A DNA stretch of 28,886 nt from Synechococcaceae cyanobacterium (GTDB taxonomy: Bacteria > Cyanobacteriota > Cyanobacteriia > PCC-6307 > Cyanobiaceae). Both the position numbers and the translations under genes were made by a program. Positions 20,690 to 28,886 of this stretch are shown in pieces. The stretch is from contig CANLCC010000027.1 in the NCBI GenBank assembly GCA_947488815.1, positions 1-28,886 of the forward strand, given 5' to 3'. Each line of letters begins with the position of its first letter. Position 1 is the stretch's first letter. The notes beneath the pieces were generated by a model. That model had not been told where the DNA came from. It saw nothing but the letters and a program-made list of their open reading frames with translations, and searched no databases.

Positions 20690-21930
20690 CCACCGACCTC
20701 GCCACCCTGCACCGGCCCGACTTTCCCCTGCTTGACCAGCAGGTCCATGGACAACCCCTGATCTACCTCGACTATGCGGCCACCAGCCAGAAGCCGCGGG
20801 TGGTGATTGAGGCCCTGGAGCACTACTACAGCCAGGACAACGCCAATGTGCATCGGGGTGCCCACAGCCTGAGCGCCCGGGCCACCGAAGCCTTCGAGGC
20901 GGCCCGCGCCACCACCGCCCGATTTGTCGGGGCTGCCGATGCCGACGAGATTGTCTTCACCCGCAATGCAACCGAAGCCATCAATCTGGTGGCCTTCACC
21001 TGGGCCCTCGATCGCCTCCGGCCGGGGGATGAGATCCTCACCACCGCCATGGAGCACCACAGCAATCTGGTGCCCTGGCAGCTGGTGGCCGCCCGCACCG
21101 GCGCCGTGCTGCGGCATGTCGGCGTCACGGCCGAAGGGGAACTTGATCTGGCCGATCTTCAGCGTCAGCTGGGACCCCGCACGCGGCTGGTGACCCTGGT
21201 GCATGTGAGCAACACCCTGGGGTGCCTCAATCCCGTGGCGGAGGTGGCGGCCCTGGCCCATGGGGTGGGCGCGCGGGTGTTGCTGGATGCCTGCCAGAGC
21301 CTGCCCCATCTGCCCATCGCGGCGACCTCCCTCGGCTGCGACTGGCTGGTGGGTTCGAGCCACAAGCTCTGCGGTCCCACCGGCATGGGGTTCCTCTGGG
21401 GCCGTCGCGAGCTGCTGGAGGAGGCCCCACCGTTCCTGGGCGGTGGCGAGATGATCGACGAGGTCTTCCTCGACCGCAGCACCTGGGCGGCCCTGCCCCA
21501 CAAATTTGAAGCCGGCACTCCTGCCATCGGCGAGGCCATCGGCATGGGGGCGGCCCTCGACTACCTGAGTGCCATCGGCCTCGATCGCATCCACGCCTGG
21601 GAGCAGATCCTCACCCGCCAGCTCTGGGACGGACTGGCCCGCATCAAGGGGGTGCGCCCCCTCGGGCCGGATCCTGTCCGCCAGCCCGATCGGGGGGCCC
21701 TTGCGGCCTTTGCGGTGGACGGTGTCCATGCCCATGACCTGGCCGCCCTGCTCGATGTCGAGGGCATCTGCATCCGCAGCGGCCACCACTGCACCCAGCC
21801 GCTGCACCGTCAGCTTGGCCTGACGGCCTCGGCCCGGGCCAGCCTGGCGTTCACCACCACTCCTGCCGAGATCGAGCGCTTTCTTGAATGCCTCGACGAT
21901 GCCGTCGACCGGTTGCGCCTCCATGCCTGA
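20686..21930 (+). CDS. sufS: Cysteine desulfurase SufS (class V aminotransferase, PLP-dependent)
   Basis: ATGA overlap with sufD. Motifs YLDYAATSQKP, NVHRGAHSLS, PLP-lysine region SSHKLCGPTGMGFLW, active-site RSGHHCTQP. Confidence 0.9.
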   Translation: MTTDLATLHRPDFPLLDQQVHGQPLIYLDYAATSQKPRVVIEALEHYYSQDNANVHRGAHSLSARATEAFEAARATTARFVGAADADEIVFTRNATEAINLVAFTWALDRLRPGDEILTTAMEHHSNLVPWQLVAARTGAVLRHVGVTAEGELDLADLQRQLGPRTRLVTLVHVSNTLGCLNPVAEVAALAHGVGARVLLDACQSLPHLPIAATSLGCDWLVGSSHKLCGPTGMGFLWGRRELLEEAPPFLGGGEMIDEVFLDRSTWAALPHKFEAGTPAIGEAIGMGAALDYLSAIGLDRIHAWEQILTRQLWDGLARIKGVRPLGPDPVRQPDRGALAAFAVDGVHAHDLAALLDVEGICIRSGHHCTQPLHRQLGLTASARASLAFTTTPAEIERFLECLDDAVDRLRLHA

Positions 21931-22468
21931 GGCGGAGGCCGGGCCGCTGCTGTTCCTGGTGGTGCTCGGGGGCCGGGTCGACGGTGGGCTGATCGAGGTC
22001 CATGACGCCCGGCTGGTGGCCGGTGTCAGCCTTGAAGCGACTTTCCCGAGCCTGCGCCGGGGCTGGTTCGGTCGGCCCAGGGGTCTCCATCTCGACAGCT
22101 GGGCCCAGGTGCGTGGTGCCGATGGCCATGGGATTGCCCTGCGTCCCCAGCCCCCGTCGACCCCAGAGGAGGCCGCCGACAAGCTCTGGTTCGTCAATCT
22201 GGGTGCCTACGAGCTGACGGCGTTCCACGAACGCCACCGCTGTGGTCTGGTGGTTGCCCCCACGGCCCGGGCTGCCCGGTCGCGGGCCTTGCGTCTGCTG
22301 CCCCTGGGGGTGTGCCAGCGCCACCACGACGACCTGGCCGCCGTGGACGACTGCCTGGCGGTGGACCGGGTGGACCGCTGGCATGTGCATCTGCGGCCTG
22401 ATCCGGCCTTCGCCGCCGGGCCCCTCGAACCCGATTGGATCGGTTACCGCCGCATCGACCGTTCCTGA
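21923..22468 (+). CDS. Conserved hypothetical protein (181 aa), translationally coupled to sufS
   Basis: ATGCCTGA start/stop overlap with sufS. Protein-like composition with His/Cys patches (HERHRCG, CQRHHDD). Confidence 0.55.
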   Translation: MPEAEAGPLLFLVVLGGRVDGGLIEVHDARLVAGVSLEATFPSLRRGWFGRPRGLHLDSWAQVRGADGHGIALRPQPPSTPEEAADKLWFVNLGAYELTAFHERHRCGLVVAPTARAARSRALRLLPLGVCQRHHDDLAAVDDCLAVDRVDRWHVHLRPDPAFAAGPLEPDWIGYRRIDRS

Positions 22469-23829
22469 CGCGCGATCACGGCGGCGGCGGCCGCTTCCCC
22501 GGCCCGGATCGCCCCTTCGAAGTACCCGGGCCAGCGCCGGGCCATCTCGGTGCCGGCCCACACCACCCGGCCATGGGGGCGGCGCCAGGCGTCGCCGAAG
22601 GTGGTCCAGGTGCCCGGCACGGGAAAGGCGGTGAAGGCTCCACCGGTCCAGGGTTCAGCACCCCAGTCGTGCCAGATCAGGTCGATGGGCTGACCGGCCT
22701 CCGGGCCCCAGAGGCTTTCGAGTTCAGCCAGCAGGCAAGCCCGCTGGGCGGCGGGGGCCATGGTGCCGAAGGCCAGGGCCCGGTCGGCGGCGATGAACCC
22801 CGCCAGCACCCCTGGCTCCGCTTCGGGGGGGGAGGTGTCGGCCGTCAGTTCCAGCCAGGCCCGCTCCCCCAGGGCGAGGCCGTTGCGGCCGTCATCGCGC
22901 CAGAAGGCCCGCGGGTACACGGCCAGCACCTTCACCATCGCCCCCATCGGCCAGCGTTGCTGCAGCGCGGCCTGGTCGGCGGGCAGGGGGGGGTCGAACT
23001 GAAGCCGTTGCCGCTGACTCGGGGGCAGCGCCACCACCACGGCCTGACAGCGGTGGCGATCACCATCGGCTGTCATCACCGCGGCCCCGTCACTGTCCTG
23101 GTGGATGGCCACCGCCGGGCAGCCGCAGTGCACGGCCGCCCCCAGGTCGGCCGCCAGCCGCTCGGCCACCTGACCGGCTCCGCCGCGCAGCAGCCAGGCT
23201 TCGGGCACCTCCCGCTGGGGGGAGGCCGCCTGGGTCCAGGCCAGGTGCAGCATCGACACCTGATGCAGCTCGAAGCCGCCCGATCCCCCCACCCGACCCA
23301 GCCACTGCAGCGGCAGGCGGGCGGCGGCCGAGGCGCCGAGGCCCTGCAGCCAGGCGTCGGCCGTGATCGTGTCTAGGGCTGCGGCATCGGGGCTGCGCCA
23401 CGGCTCCTCGGGGTCGATGCTGGCCACCAGCCGGCGGAACTGCTCTTCCACGGCCGCGGCCTCGCGGCGCTCGTCGGCGCTGAGGGGCAGATCGTCGGGG
23501 TCGAAGAACAGCAGCGTGGCGTCGAAGTCGGCCCCGAGCCGCGCGCGCCGGGCCTCGTTCTGCCAGCGGAACAGCCCCTCACCGTCGTAGTGGCTCGCAA
23601 ACCGTTCCAGCCCCAGCTCGTCCACCAGGGCCAGCAAGCGGCTGTGGGTGTCGCCCCCCCACTGGCCCCCCAGGTCCACGGCCAGCCCCGGGGTCAGCTG
23701 CCGCCGTCGCATGCGGCCGCCGGCGGTCGGGGCCGCCTCAAGCACCTGCACCGTGCGCCCGGCGGCCTGCAGCTGACGGGCCGTCACCAGGCCCGACAGG
23801 CCGGCCCCCACCACCACTGCATCGAGCAT
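22444..23829 (-). CDS. FAD-dependent amine oxidase (flavin-containing amine oxidoreductase family)
   Basis: N-terminal dinucleotide fold MLDAVVVGAGLSGLVTARQL...VQVLEA and C-terminal amine-oxidase region. Start placed at the ATG preceding GxGxxG (23829), not the long GC-artefact extension to 24096. Confidence 0.8.
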   Translation of the reverse strand: MLDAVVVGAGLSGLVTARQLQAAGRTVQVLEAAPTAGGRMRRRQLTPGLAVDLGGQWGGDTHSRLLALVDELGLERFASHYDGEGLFRWQNEARRARLGADFDATLLFFDPDDLPLSADERREAAAVEEQFRRLVASIDPEEPWRSPDAAALDTITADAWLQGLGASAAARLPLQWLGRVGGSGGFELHQVSMLHLAWTQAASPQREVPEAWLLRGGAGQVAERLAADLGAAVHCGCPAVAIHQDSDGAAVMTADGDRHRCQAVVVALPPSQRQRLQFDPPLPADQAALQQRWPMGAMVKVLAVYPRAFWRDDGRNGLALGERAWLELTADTSPPEAEPGVLAGFIAADRALAFGTMAPAAQRACLLAELESLWGPEAGQPIDLIWHDWGAEPWTGGAFTAFPVPGTWTTFGDAWRRPHGRVVWAGTEMARRWPGYFEGAIRAGEAAAAAVIARQERSMRR

Positions 23830-23914
23830 CGGGTTCCCCGCCGCCGTTGGTTTCAGTGTGGCCGGCTCCCGTGGGGTCGGCAGGACATGATCGGGGCAGA
23901 GATCCCCCGCCGGC

Positions 23915-25009
23915 ATGAACATCGACGGTCGCCCCTGGCGCACGATCTGGCTCGAACCCGATGGCCGTGCCGTGGGGGTCATCGACCAGACCCGTCTGCC
24001 CCACGCCTTCGAGACCCGTCGCCTCGACAGCCTTGAGGCGGCCGCCGCCGCCATTCGCACCATGGTGGTGCGGGGGGCCCCGCTGATCGGTGTCACCGGC
24101 GCCTACGGGCTGATGCTGGCCCTGCAGGCGGATCCATCCGATGGCGCCCTGGCGGCCGCCGAGGCCCTGTTGCTGGCGACGCGGCCCACGGCGGTCAACC
24201 TGGCCTGGGCCCTGGAACGCACCCGTCGGCGGGTGCAGGCCCTGCCCCCCGCCGAACGGGCCGCCGCCGCCGCCGCCGAGGCCGCGACCATTGCCGATGA
24301 GGACGTGGCGATGTGCGAGGCCATCGGTGACCACGGCCTGGCGGAGTTCCGCCGCCTGCACGGGGCCCTGCCATCCGAGCGCCAGGGGCAGCCGCTGCAG
24401 GTGCTGACCCACTGCAATGCCGGCTGGCTGGCCACCGTCGACTGGGGCACGGCCCTGGCGCCGATCTACAAGGCCCACCGGTCGGGGCTGCCCATTCATG
24501 TCTGGGTCGACGAGACCCGCCCGCGCAACCAGGGGGCCAGCCTCACGGCCTATGAACTGGCCTGTGAAGGGGTTCCCCACACGGTCATCGTCGATAACGC
24601 CGGCGGCCATCTGATGCAGCACGGTCGGGTGGATGCCGTGATCGTCGGCACCGACCGCACCACCCGCCGCGGCGATGTCTGCAACAAGATCGGCACCTAT
24701 CTCAAGGCCCTCGCGGCCCACGACAACGGTGTGCCCTTCTACGTGGCCCTGCCGTCGTCCACCATCGACTGGACCCTGGAGGATGGCCTGGTGGAGATCC
24801 CGATCGAGGCCCGCGCCGCCGATGAGGTGACCCACATCCAGGGCCGCGACCCGTCGGGACAGCTGCTCAGTGTGCGCCTCACCCCGGACGCCTCAGCCGC
24901 CTTCAACCCTGCCTTCGATGTCACGCCGGCCCGGCTGGTGACCGCCCTGATCACGGAGCGGGGGCTGGCCGCGGCGAGTGAGCAGGGGCTGCGGGGTCTC
25001 TATGGCTGA
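23915..25009 (+). CDS. mtnA: S-methyl-5-thioribose-1-phosphate isomerase (eIF-2B alpha/beta/delta-like family)
   Basis: Family motifs [21 protein letters not shown]...[10 protein letters not shown]. 364 aa. Confidence 0.85.
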   Translation: MNIDGRPWRTIWLEPDGRAVGVIDQTRLPHAFETRRLDSLEAAAAAIRTMVVRGAPLIGVTGAYGLMLALQADPSDGALAAAEALLLATRPTAVNLAWALERTRRRVQALPPAERAAAAAAEAATIADEDVAMCEAIGDHGLAEFRRLHGALPSERQGQPLQVLTHCNAGWLATVDWGTALAPIYKAHRSGLPIHVWVDETRPRNQGASLTAYELACEGVPHTVIVDNAGGHLMQHGRVDAVIVGTDRTTRRGDVCNKIGTYLKALAAHDNGVPFYVALPSSTIDWTLEDGLVEIPIEARAADEVTHIQGRDPSGQLLSVRLTPDASAAFNPAFDVTPARLVTALITERGLAAASEQGLRGLYG

Positions 25010-25911
25010 GATGGGGGCTGGGGCCGCAGGCCGCTGAGGGCCTGGGCCAGCTCGAGGGGGAACAGCACCACCGTGTTCGAGGGGCTGGCGCCGAGGCCGT
25101 CGATCGTCTGCAGGGTCCGCAGTTCGAGGGCGATGGGGTTGCCGGCCATGGTGGCGGCGGCCTGGGCGAGGTTCTCGGCCGCCAGCCGGTCCCCGTCGGC
25201 CTTGGTGATCGTCGCCCGTTTTTCCCGTTCCGCCGAAGCCTGGCGCGACATCATCCGCTTGAGATCCTCGGGCAGCTCGATGTCCTGCAGCTGGATCGAT
25301 TCGATCGTGATGCCCCACTGGCGCGACTGGGCTTCGACGGCTGTCTGCACCTGCTCCTGAATGCGTTCGCGTTCTGACAGCAGCTCATCGAGGGTCAGGC
25401 CGCCGACCACGTCCCGCAGGGCCGCCTGGCTGTACTGGGCGATGGCGAAGCGGTAGTCCTGAATCCGGTTCACGGCCGCGGCGGCATCGTCAACGCGAAA
25501 GAACACCGCGCTGTCGATGCTGGCGGGCACGTTGTCACGGGTGATCACCCGCTGGCTGGGGATGTTCAGCACCTGGGTGCGGGTGTCCAGAAAACGCGCG
25601 CTCTCCAGGATCGGGATCACGTACAGCACCCCGGGGCCCCGCACCCCCTGCAGGGTTCCCAGCCGCAGAATCACCGCCCGTTCCCACTGGGCCGCCACCC
25701 GCACCCCGCTCACCAGGCCGTTCCAGAGCAGCGCCAGGGCCCCCACGGCGGTGATGGCCCCGGGGCGTCGGGGTTCCGGCTGGGCCAGGGCCACCAGGGC
25801 CGCCAGGGCCAGCGGCACCACCAGCAGGGAGAGCCGCAGGCCCCCCCCCAGGGAGACGTGGCCTGGTTGCGGGATGGCGATGATCCGTTCAGGTCCGGGG
25901 CTGCTGGCCAT
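25000..25911 (-). CDS. SPFH/band-7 (stomatin/prohibitin-like) membrane protein
   Basis: N-terminal TM segment followed by the SPFH domain (...[27 protein letters not shown]...[19 protein letters not shown]...). Coiled-coil Ala/Glu-rich C-terminus. Confidence 0.85.
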   Translation of the reverse strand: MASSPGPERIIAIPQPGHVSLGGGLRLSLLVVPLALAALVALAQPEPRRPGAITAVGALALLWNGLVSGVRVAAQWERAVILRLGTLQGVRGPGVLYVIPILESARFLDTRTQVLNIPSQRVITRDNVPASIDSAVFFRVDDAAAAVNRIQDYRFAIAQYSQAALRDVVGGLTLDELLSERERIQEQVQTAVEAQSRQWGITIESIQLQDIELPEDLKRMMSRQASAEREKRATITKADGDRLAAENLAQAAATMAGNPIALELRTLQTIDGLGASPSNTVVLFPLELAQALSGLRPQPPSQP

Positions 25912-26263
25912 GGCGCTAGCGAGGCTTGCTTTATTGTGATCGGTCCCTGCTGGCGCGGCAGGCTGGACCAGCTGGCCAGGGGGCCCGTTGAGCCCTTCGC
26001 CTTAAGTCGCCGCTGGGGGCAGAGCCCGAGGGAGCTGCTGGTGGTGGGTCTCAACCCCAGCCGGGCCGATGATGGCACTGTCGACGACCCGGCGGCGTTG
26101 CACCGGGTCCCGGACCCGGTGGACTCAGGGGGCGATCCCAGGTCGTCCGACCGCGGCTGCCGCTGGTGCAGGTGCTGCGGCTCACCCGTCTGGGGGAGCC
26201 GGCCCATCCCCTGTATCTGCCTGCCGCGTTGCGCCCCCAGCCCTGGCCCCCGCCATCGCCAGA

Positions 26264-27253
26264 ATGAGTGGCCTGCGCCACCTGGCCATGGTCACGGCAC
26301 CCCAGGCCCCCACGGCTCCCCCTAACTGGGTGGCGTCCCGCCATCCCCTCGGCTGGCTGATCGACCGGCTGCTGCAGGTGGGGCCCCTGCGGGCTCTGCT
26401 GTTTCTGCAGGCCCGCCGGCTGATCATCCGTACGGCCGAGTCCCGCGGCATCGCCTGGAGGGCCCGGCGTCAGACCCTTGTGGCCCAGGCTCAACCGCTG
26501 CTGGCTGCCGTGCAGCGGGCCGACCTGGAGCCACCGGCGTATTACCGGGTGCGCTTCCACGCCTATGACGAGGGCAACCTCTGCTGGGCGGCCGCCGGCG
26601 AGGCCGAGCAGGCCACCGATGCCATGGCCCTGCGGGTGTGGCCCGGTGAGGCCCTGTCGGCCGAGGCGGCCCAGCGGCGGCTGCGGCAGGCAATCTTCGC
26701 CGTGGTCGAACCGTCCCTCGACGGCCCCCTGCGGCGGGTGCTCGACGTGGGCTGTTCGGTCGGGGTCGGCACCCTGGCCCTGCGGGACTGGCTCGATCAG
26801 CGGGGGGACCACGGTGCGGTGGTCGAGGGGCTGGACCTGTCGGCCCCGATGCTGGCGGTGGCGCGGGTGCGCGACCGCGACGGACGCATCGCCGCCTGGC
26901 ACCACGCTGCGGCCGAAACAACGGGACTGGCCGCGGCGAGTGTTGATCTGATCACCCTGCAGTTCGTCTGCCACGAGCTGCCCCAGCGGGCCACCTTGGC
27001 GGTGCTGGCCGAAATGGCCCGGTTGCTGCGGCCTGGTGGCACCCTGGCCCTGGTCGATCAGGACCCCCAGTCGGCGGTGATCCGGCGGTTGCCGGCGCCG
27101 ATCGCGACTCTGCTCAAGAGCACCGAGCCCTATCTCGAGCAGTACTTCAGCCTTGACCTGCCTGCGGCCCTCACCCAGGCGGGGTTCGAGTGCCTGCGTG
27201 TCGCCCCCTGCGATCCCCGCCACCGGGTCGTGGTGGCGCAGAAGGCGCCATGA
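26264..27253 (+). CDS. Class I SAM-dependent methyltransferase
   Basis: Motif I VLDVGCSVGVGT, post-I acidic residue, motif LRPGGTLALVD. Start at ATG 26264 (alt 26288). The listed 5' extension to 26069 is A/G/P/R-rich artefact. Confidence 0.8.
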   Translation: MSGLRHLAMVTAPQAPTAPPNWVASRHPLGWLIDRLLQVGPLRALLFLQARRLIIRTAESRGIAWRARRQTLVAQAQPLLAAVQRADLEPPAYYRVRFHAYDEGNLCWAAAGEAEQATDAMALRVWPGEALSAEAAQRRLRQAIFAVVEPSLDGPLRRVLDVGCSVGVGTLALRDWLDQRGDHGAVVEGLDLSAPMLAVARVRDRDGRIAAWHHAAAETTGLAAASVDLITLQFVCHELPQRATLAVLAEMARLLRPGGTLALVDQDPQSAVIRRLPAPIATLLKSTEPYLEQYFSLDLPAALTQAGFECLRVAPCDPRHRVVVAQKAP

Positions 27254-27382
27254 ATGGACCTGAGTGAGCATCAAATTGGACTCCTGAGTCCCGGATCTGC
27301 GCCTGCTCGCTCTGGCGGTCAGGGGTGGGCCTAATCAGGGACTGGGCGTACGACCCACATTCCTTTGCACTCATCTCCTGTC

Positions 27383-27544
27383 ATGAAAACCCCAGTTCTC
27401 AAGACTCTGTCGGCCAAGCAAGCTGAATCCGTTTCCGGCGGCCTCTTCAACGGCGCCTTCGTGGTGAGCACCACCGGGACCAATTCCCAGCAGAGCGTCG
27501 GCTTCGTCGGCATTGGCCTGGTCGGCATCGGCCGGCTCCTCTGA
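27383..27544 (+). CDS. Double-glycine-leader peptide precursor (53 aa; bacteriocin/microcin-like), leader MKTPVLKTLSAKQAESVSGG, Gly-rich hydrophobic core
   Basis: Not in the ORF track (shorter than 60 aa). ATG...TGA open frame. Leader fits the GG-leader consensus Lxx(L)Sxx(E)xxxVxGG. Core LFNGAFVVSTTGTNSQQSVGFVGIGLVGIGRLL has GxxxG repeats. Followed by a terminator. Confidence 0.55.
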   Translation: MKTPVLKTLSAKQAESVSGGLFNGAFVVSTTGTNSQQSVGFVGIGLVGIGRLL

Positions 27545-27610
27545 ACCCTCACATTTCAGAGCCTGAACGGGCCCAGCAGTTCCTTCTGAACTGACACTGC
27601 GGCGCCATCA

Positions 27611-27645
27611 CCCATCCGGAGGCCTACGGATGGGTTTTCTTCATT
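27611..27645 (+). terminator. Rho-independent terminator after GG-peptide gene 1 (CCCATCCG-gaggccta-CGGATGGG followed by TTTTCTTCATT)
   Basis: 8-bp perfect stem 27611-27618 / 27627-27634 and a T-rich tail. Overlaps the listed 27630 start of the next ORF, which argues against that start. Confidence 0.5.
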
Positions 27646-27692
27646 CCCCTACTCAACAGATTGAAAGTCCCATGCATCCCAGCAGTTCCGTC

Positions 27693-27911
27693 ATGTCCCC
27701 CACTTGCTTGGAGACCCTCTCACCGGAGGCATGTGAAGCCGTCCAGGGAGGTGCAATCAGCATTCCGGTTCTCTCCCTGAAAACCCTGTTGTCCCGCTTC
27801 GGCAGCGATGGGCCTGCCCCCGCCCCGTCGCCGGATCCCGGTTCTTCCTCGATCACCAACATCGGCAGCATCGGCACCTCGTTGGTCAGCGTGGGCGCCA
27901 TCTACCTTTGA
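27693..27911 (+). CDS. Double-glycine-leader peptide precursor, paralog 2 (72 aa from ATG 27693; leader MSPTCLETLSPEACEAVQGG)
   Basis: 20-aa leader aligns position-for-position with peptide 1 (LKTLSAKQAESVSGG vs LETLSPEACEAVQGG). Core ends in a Gly/Ser-rich hydrophobic stretch ITNIGSIGTSLVSVGAIYL. Longer in-frame starts at 27630/27672 are possible. Confidence 0.5.
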   Translation: MSPTCLETLSPEACEAVQGGAISIPVLSLKTLLSRFGSDGPAPAPSPDPGSSSITNIGSIGTSLVSVGAIYL

Positions 27912-27929
27912 GCCCGTTGCCTGATCCCG

Positions 27930-28637
27930 ATGCCTGCCAGCTCCGACCCAGCCCCCTGCGAGGCCGAGCTGCGTCAGGAGCTGGTGCGGGTGGCCCGGGC
28001 CATGAATGCCGCCGGCATCAACCAGGGCACCTCCGGCAACCTGTCGGTCCGTTGCGGTGACGGGCTGCTGATCACGCCGTCATCGCTGCCCTATGAACGC
28101 ATGGGCGCCGACGACATCGTGCGGCTCGGTTTCGACGGCCACTGGCAGGGGAGTCGCCGGCCCTCCTCCGAGTGGCGTCTCCATGCCGATCTGCTGGCCC
28201 ACCGCCCCGGGGCACAGGCGGTTGTGCATTGCCATTCGGTCCATGCCACGGCCCTTGCCTGCCATGGCTTCGCCATTCCCGGGTTCCATTACATGGTTGT
28301 GGTGGCCGGAGGGTCATCGATTCGCTGTGCGCCCTATGCCACCTTCGGGACCCAGGAGCTGAGCGATCTGGCCCTGCGGGCCCTTGAAGATCGTCAGGCC
28401 TGCCTGCTGGCGCAGCATGGGCAGGTGGCCCTGGGCAGCAGTCCCGAAGGGGCCCTGCGGCTGGCCATCGAAGTCGAGACCCTGGCTCGGATGTACCTGC
28501 AGGCGAGGTTGATCGGAGAGCCGCCCCGGTTGTCGGAGGTCGAGCTGGCCAGGGTGGCTGAACGGATGCGCGCGATCCATTACGGCCGCGACCCCGAGGA
28601 GCGACCGCATCAGGCCGTGTCTCCCGAGACTCCTTAG
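27930..28637 (+). CDS. Class II aldolase/adducin-family protein (L-fuculose-phosphate aldolase-like; possible MtnB-type methylthioribulose-1-phosphate dehydratase)
   Basis: Family motifs GTSGNLSVR, HxH metal site (VVHCHSVHATALA), C-terminal QHGQVALGSSPEGA. 235 aa. Confidence 0.8.
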   Translation: MPASSDPAPCEAELRQELVRVARAMNAAGINQGTSGNLSVRCGDGLLITPSSLPYERMGADDIVRLGFDGHWQGSRRPSSEWRLHADLLAHRPGAQAVVHCHSVHATALACHGFAIPGFHYMVVVAGGSSIRCAPYATFGTQELSDLALRALEDRQACLLAQHGQVALGSSPEGALRLAIEVETLARMYLQARLIGEPPRLSEVELARVAERMRAIHYGRDPEERPHQAVSPETP

Positions 28638-28717
28638 AAGTGGGTCACACTCCGCAATGATCCGTTACGATGCGACAGAGCGGATTACCGCTCTTCATTC
28701 CGTCTCACCTCGGACTC
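28638..28717 (+). promoter_or_regulatory. psbA promoter / 5' leader with stem-loop GAGCGG-ATTA-CCGCTC (28678-28693) 25 nt upstream of the start codon
   Basis: Perfect 6-bp inverted repeat in the leader. Possible -10-like TACGAT at 28666-28671. Promoter boxes not confidently assigned. Confidence 0.35.
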
Positions 28718-28886
28718 ATGCAAACCACTCTTCAGCAGCGCTCCGGCGCTTCTGTGTGGAACCAGTTCTGTGAGTGGGTCACCAGCACCGACAACCGCCT
28801 CTACGTGGGCTGGTTCGGCGTTCTGATGATCCCCACCCTGCTGGCCGCCACCACCTGCTTCGTCGTTGCCTTCATCGCCGCTCCCC
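28718..28886 (+). CDS. psbA: Photosystem II reaction-centre protein D1 (N-terminal 56 aa; continues beyond window)
   Basis: [56 protein letters not shown] closely matches the conserved D1 N-terminus (MTT.LQ.RES.S.W..FC.W.TST.NR.Y.GWFGV.MIPTLL.AT.CF..AFIAAP). Confidence 0.95.
   Translation, partial: MQTTLQQRSGASVWNQFCEWVTSTDNRLYVGWFGVLMIPTLLAATTCFVVAFIAAP

Noticed and set aside
26051-27274. 407-aa minus ORF
   Set aside because: Antisense to the SAM methyltransferase (which has clear motif I); R/G/P/Q-rich.
27331-27552. 73-aa minus ORF over GG-peptide gene 1
   Set aside because: Pro/Arg/Thr-rich, no start context. The plus-strand peptide has a coherent leader/core architecture and a downstream terminator.
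27630-27692. Long start (MGFLHSPTQQ...) of the second peptide ORF
   Set aside because: The 27630 ATG lies inside the terminator hairpin of the preceding gene. The ATG at 27693 yields a 20-aa leader that aligns with peptide 1.

Overview
This 28.9-kb window is high-GC (about 65-68% by eye) and gene-dense. The genes are cyanobacterial (psbA, cpcG, a CpcS-family bilin lyase, ftrC, sufR-sufBCDS), and the GC content fits a marine Synechococcus/Cyanobium-type chromosome. Because of the GC content, the six-frame track is full of long spurious antisense ORFs; I chose real genes by protein-like composition, recognisable family motifs and start/stop coupling.

Gene order, left to right:
- 3' end of an unknown Cys-rich protein, then a shared rho-independent terminator.
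- rarA (AAA+ recombination factor with a roughly 300-aa C-terminal extension), minus strand.
- Two tandem paralogous lipoprotein membrane-fusion proteins plus an AcrB-like RND permease (ATGA coupling, no outer-membrane factor in the window).
- A small membrane ORF.
- Phosphoglucomutase (minus).
- Two convergent small secreted Cys proteins.
- A translationally coupled minus-strand cluster: DUF4912 protein, 2-TM micro-protein, periplasmic PLD-family (2x HKD) lipoprotein, secreted protein.
- cpcG (its true start is a GTG that the ORF track misses) with its terminator, then a CpcS/CpeS-type lyase, a 125-aa unknown and sufR, all on the minus strand.
- Divergent ftrC-sufB-sufC-sufD-sufS plus a coupled 181-aa unknown.
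- FAD amine oxidase (minus), mtnA, SPFH/band-7 protein (minus), SAM methyltransferase.
- Two paralogous double-glycine-leader peptide genes (one shorter than 60 aa and absent from the ORF track) in a lower-GC patch, with a terminator between them.
- Class II aldolase (MtnB-like), then the start of psbA.

I found no tRNA, rRNA, CRISPR array or IS element.

The most interesting candidates are the GG-leader peptide pair, the DUF4912/PLD/secreted-protein coupled cluster, and the sufR-to-phycobilisome gene linkage.
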